Assembly: GCA_963775895.1 (NCBI GenBank)
Contig: CAVZKL010000013.1
Coordinates: forward strand, 34,636 to 98,635
Origin: Candidatus Bathyarchaeota archaeon
Lineage (GTDB): Archaea; Thermoproteota; Bathyarchaeia; Bathyarchaeales; Bathycorpusculaceae
Direction of reading: 5' to 3'
Length of the DNA: 64,000 nucleotides
Positions within the stretch are counted from its first letter, which is position 1. Each line of letters begins with the position of its first letter. The notes under the pieces are model-generated. The model was given only the letters and a program-made list of their open reading frames with translations, had not been told where the DNA came from and made no database searches. A program made the translations under genes and the position numbers. This document shows, piece after piece, positions 61,966-64,000 of this stretch.

Positions 61966-63965
61966 ATGACATATAGCTCCTCGGAATCCACAAGCAAAAG
62001 CGAAGACAACCGAAAGATTCTCGTGCGTGATAGAAACATAACTATTGCCCTCGCCGGAAATGCAAATGTTGGCAAGAGCGTAATATTCAACCAGCTCACC
62101 GGTTCAAGCCAAATAATCGGCAATTGGCCTGGAAAAACAGTGGAAAAAGCGCAGGGCACGCTCGATTTTGAAGGACAGAAAATAATAGTCGTCGATTTGC
62201 CTGGCATTTACTCTTTTTCCACTTTTTCCATGGAAGAAATCGTGTCAAGAGAATACATAGCGCTGGAAAAACCCGATGTCGTCATCAACGTCGTTGACGC
62301 CTCAATTCTTGAACGCAACCTCTTTTTCACCATTCAGCTCATCGAAATGGAAGTTCCCCTCGTAGTCTGCCTAAACCAGATAGACTCCGCCAAAAAGAAA
62401 GGAATAACAATCAACAGAAAAAACTGGAGCAAGCATTAGGTGTTCCCGTTGTTCCAACCATAGGCATCCGCGGAGAAGGAATCTACGAACTAGTAAAAAC
62501 CGCTGTGAAAACCGCGCAAAACCACGAACCAACAAAAAACCCCACATCCATTACGGCGCAGAAATAGAAGAACGAATCGGCAAACTCGAACTAAGGCAAT
62601 CAAATCAAAAACCTCAACTTGGGTTACCCAACAAGATGGGTAGCCATCAAACTATTGGAAAACGACCCCGAAATCAAAAAAATCGGTAACTTCAAAATCT
62701 GACGGAAATAGCGAACGCAGCAGAGAGTTTGGCAGCGGAAATCTCTTCCATTCACAACGAACCAATATTCGCAGTCATAGCTTCTGAAAGGTACGCTCTA
62801 GCAAACAAGATCGCTAGCGAAGTGCAAAAGCAGAGCGAAATCAAATCCACTGTCTCAGAGAAACTAGATTGGATCACCACTCACCGCTTGTTCGGCTACT
62901 TAACCTCGGCAGGTGTAGTCTTGGGCTTGCTACTGTGGACTTTCACCATTGGAGAATCTGCTCTCAACCTTATTCTCACATGCGTTGTCACTATTTGTAC
63001 CCGTAAACCCGAGCTTTAGCGGTTCGCTAACGGGCATTCTTTGGAACGGCGTTTTCGGCGGAATAGTCGCAGGCATCACATTGGTGATCCCGTATGTTGT
63101 GCCATTCTACCTCATGCTAGCACTGATTGAAGACTCAGGCATCCTCACAAGAGTCGCGTTCATGATGGACAGCGCAATGCACAAGATAGGATTACACGGA
63201 AAAGCCTTAATCCCGCTAATATTAGGCTTACGGCTGCAATGTTCCTGCAATTCGCGCGTGCCGAATCATGGAAACCAAGCGTGAACGGCTTCTCGCATCA
63301 TTCGCCATCACCCTTGCCCCATGCGCAGCGAGAACAATCCTGATTCTCGGGTTAGTCGCAGCCTTCCTCGGTCCTGCCTGGGCAATAGCATTTGTACGCG
63401 ATTAGACATTGGACTCTAATCTTCGCGCTGGGGCGAATCGCGCTAAAAGTTGTTCCCGGCGAATCAACAGGTCTCATAATGGAAATTCACTCGTTCAAGG
63501 TTCCCTCTTTATCCGTCATCGCCAAGCAAACATGGGCAAGAACAAAATCCCTCATATACATAGTGTTTCCAATGTACATCATCGGAAGTGCCCTCATCCA
63601 AGTCCTGTACGCTGTCGGCGTTTTGGAGCCGTCTAAGCAACGCTGTTTCGCCTCTCACCGTTGGTTGGCTCGGGCTCCCAGTCGTCGCGGGCATACTTTT
63701 AGTGCTCGGGGTAGTCCGGAAAGAATTCATTCTCTTAGGCGCCGTAGCAATCTTCGGCTCAACAAACCTTCTGCTTTTTCTAAGCCCAGTTCAACTGCTG
63801 ACTCTCGCCATCGTCGGAATACTTTACTTGCCCTGCCTATCCACAATCGCGGTTTTGGCAAAGGATTTCGGATGGAAAACCGCCATAGCCATATCACTGG
63901 CTAATTTCGCTACTGCGTTGATTGTTGGCGGGATAGCTTTTCGATTACTTTCTTTAGTAATGTAA
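61966..63965 (+). CDS. feoB: Ferrous iron transporter B (multiple frameshifts)
   Basis: [25 protein letters not shown]...RVAFMMD and LYLPC across several ORFs. Confidence 0.9.
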
Positions 63966-64000
63966 CAAATCAGACGTATGTCCATGCCCGTGTAGAATCG

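Noticed and set aside
15373-63965. Many split genes (sucD, aspS, HAD, purQ, purM, tag, dtxR, feoB, subtilase tail) as pseudogenes or programmed frameshifts
   Set aside because: Single-base indels are scattered through essential genes while both halves stay well conserved, and there is no common slippery motif. Long-read or consensus errors explain this best, and read polishing would confirm it.

Overview
This is archaeal chromosomal DNA, most consistent with Bathyarchaeia (TACK). That placement is an inference from gene content: TFB, Alba, L7Ae/S28e/L24e/L40e, Gar1, a Cren7-like protein, an Ftr-family formyltransferase, an Mvh-like NiFe hydrogenase and cohesin/dockerin surface proteins. Many single-base frameshifts fall in essential genes (aspS, sucD, purM, purQ), which points to uncorrected assembly indels rather than real pseudogenes. 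Highlights: (1) A translationally coupled HAD phosphatase, Ftr-like formyltransferase and PfkB kinase trio follows purF-purD in a purine cluster with no purN or purT. It is a candidate new, H4MPT-dependent route from GAR to FGAR. (2) A 5.24-kb DDE transposon (4337-9580) has perfect 23-bp terminal inverted repeats and a 9-bp target duplication with one mismatch. It carries a restriction-modification system, small regulators and a highly structured non-coding segment. It sits against the promoter of an intron-containing initiator tRNA whose 3' end shares 13 bp with the transposon end. (3) There is an unannotated box C/D sRNA. (4) A Cren7-like domain is fused to a coiled coil. (5) Secreted proteases carry both cohesin-like and dockerin modules. 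(6) Stress, RNA-helicase, hydrogenase and iron-uptake loci occur, the last with visible operator palindromes. All family assignments come from motif recognition by eye; no database search was run.
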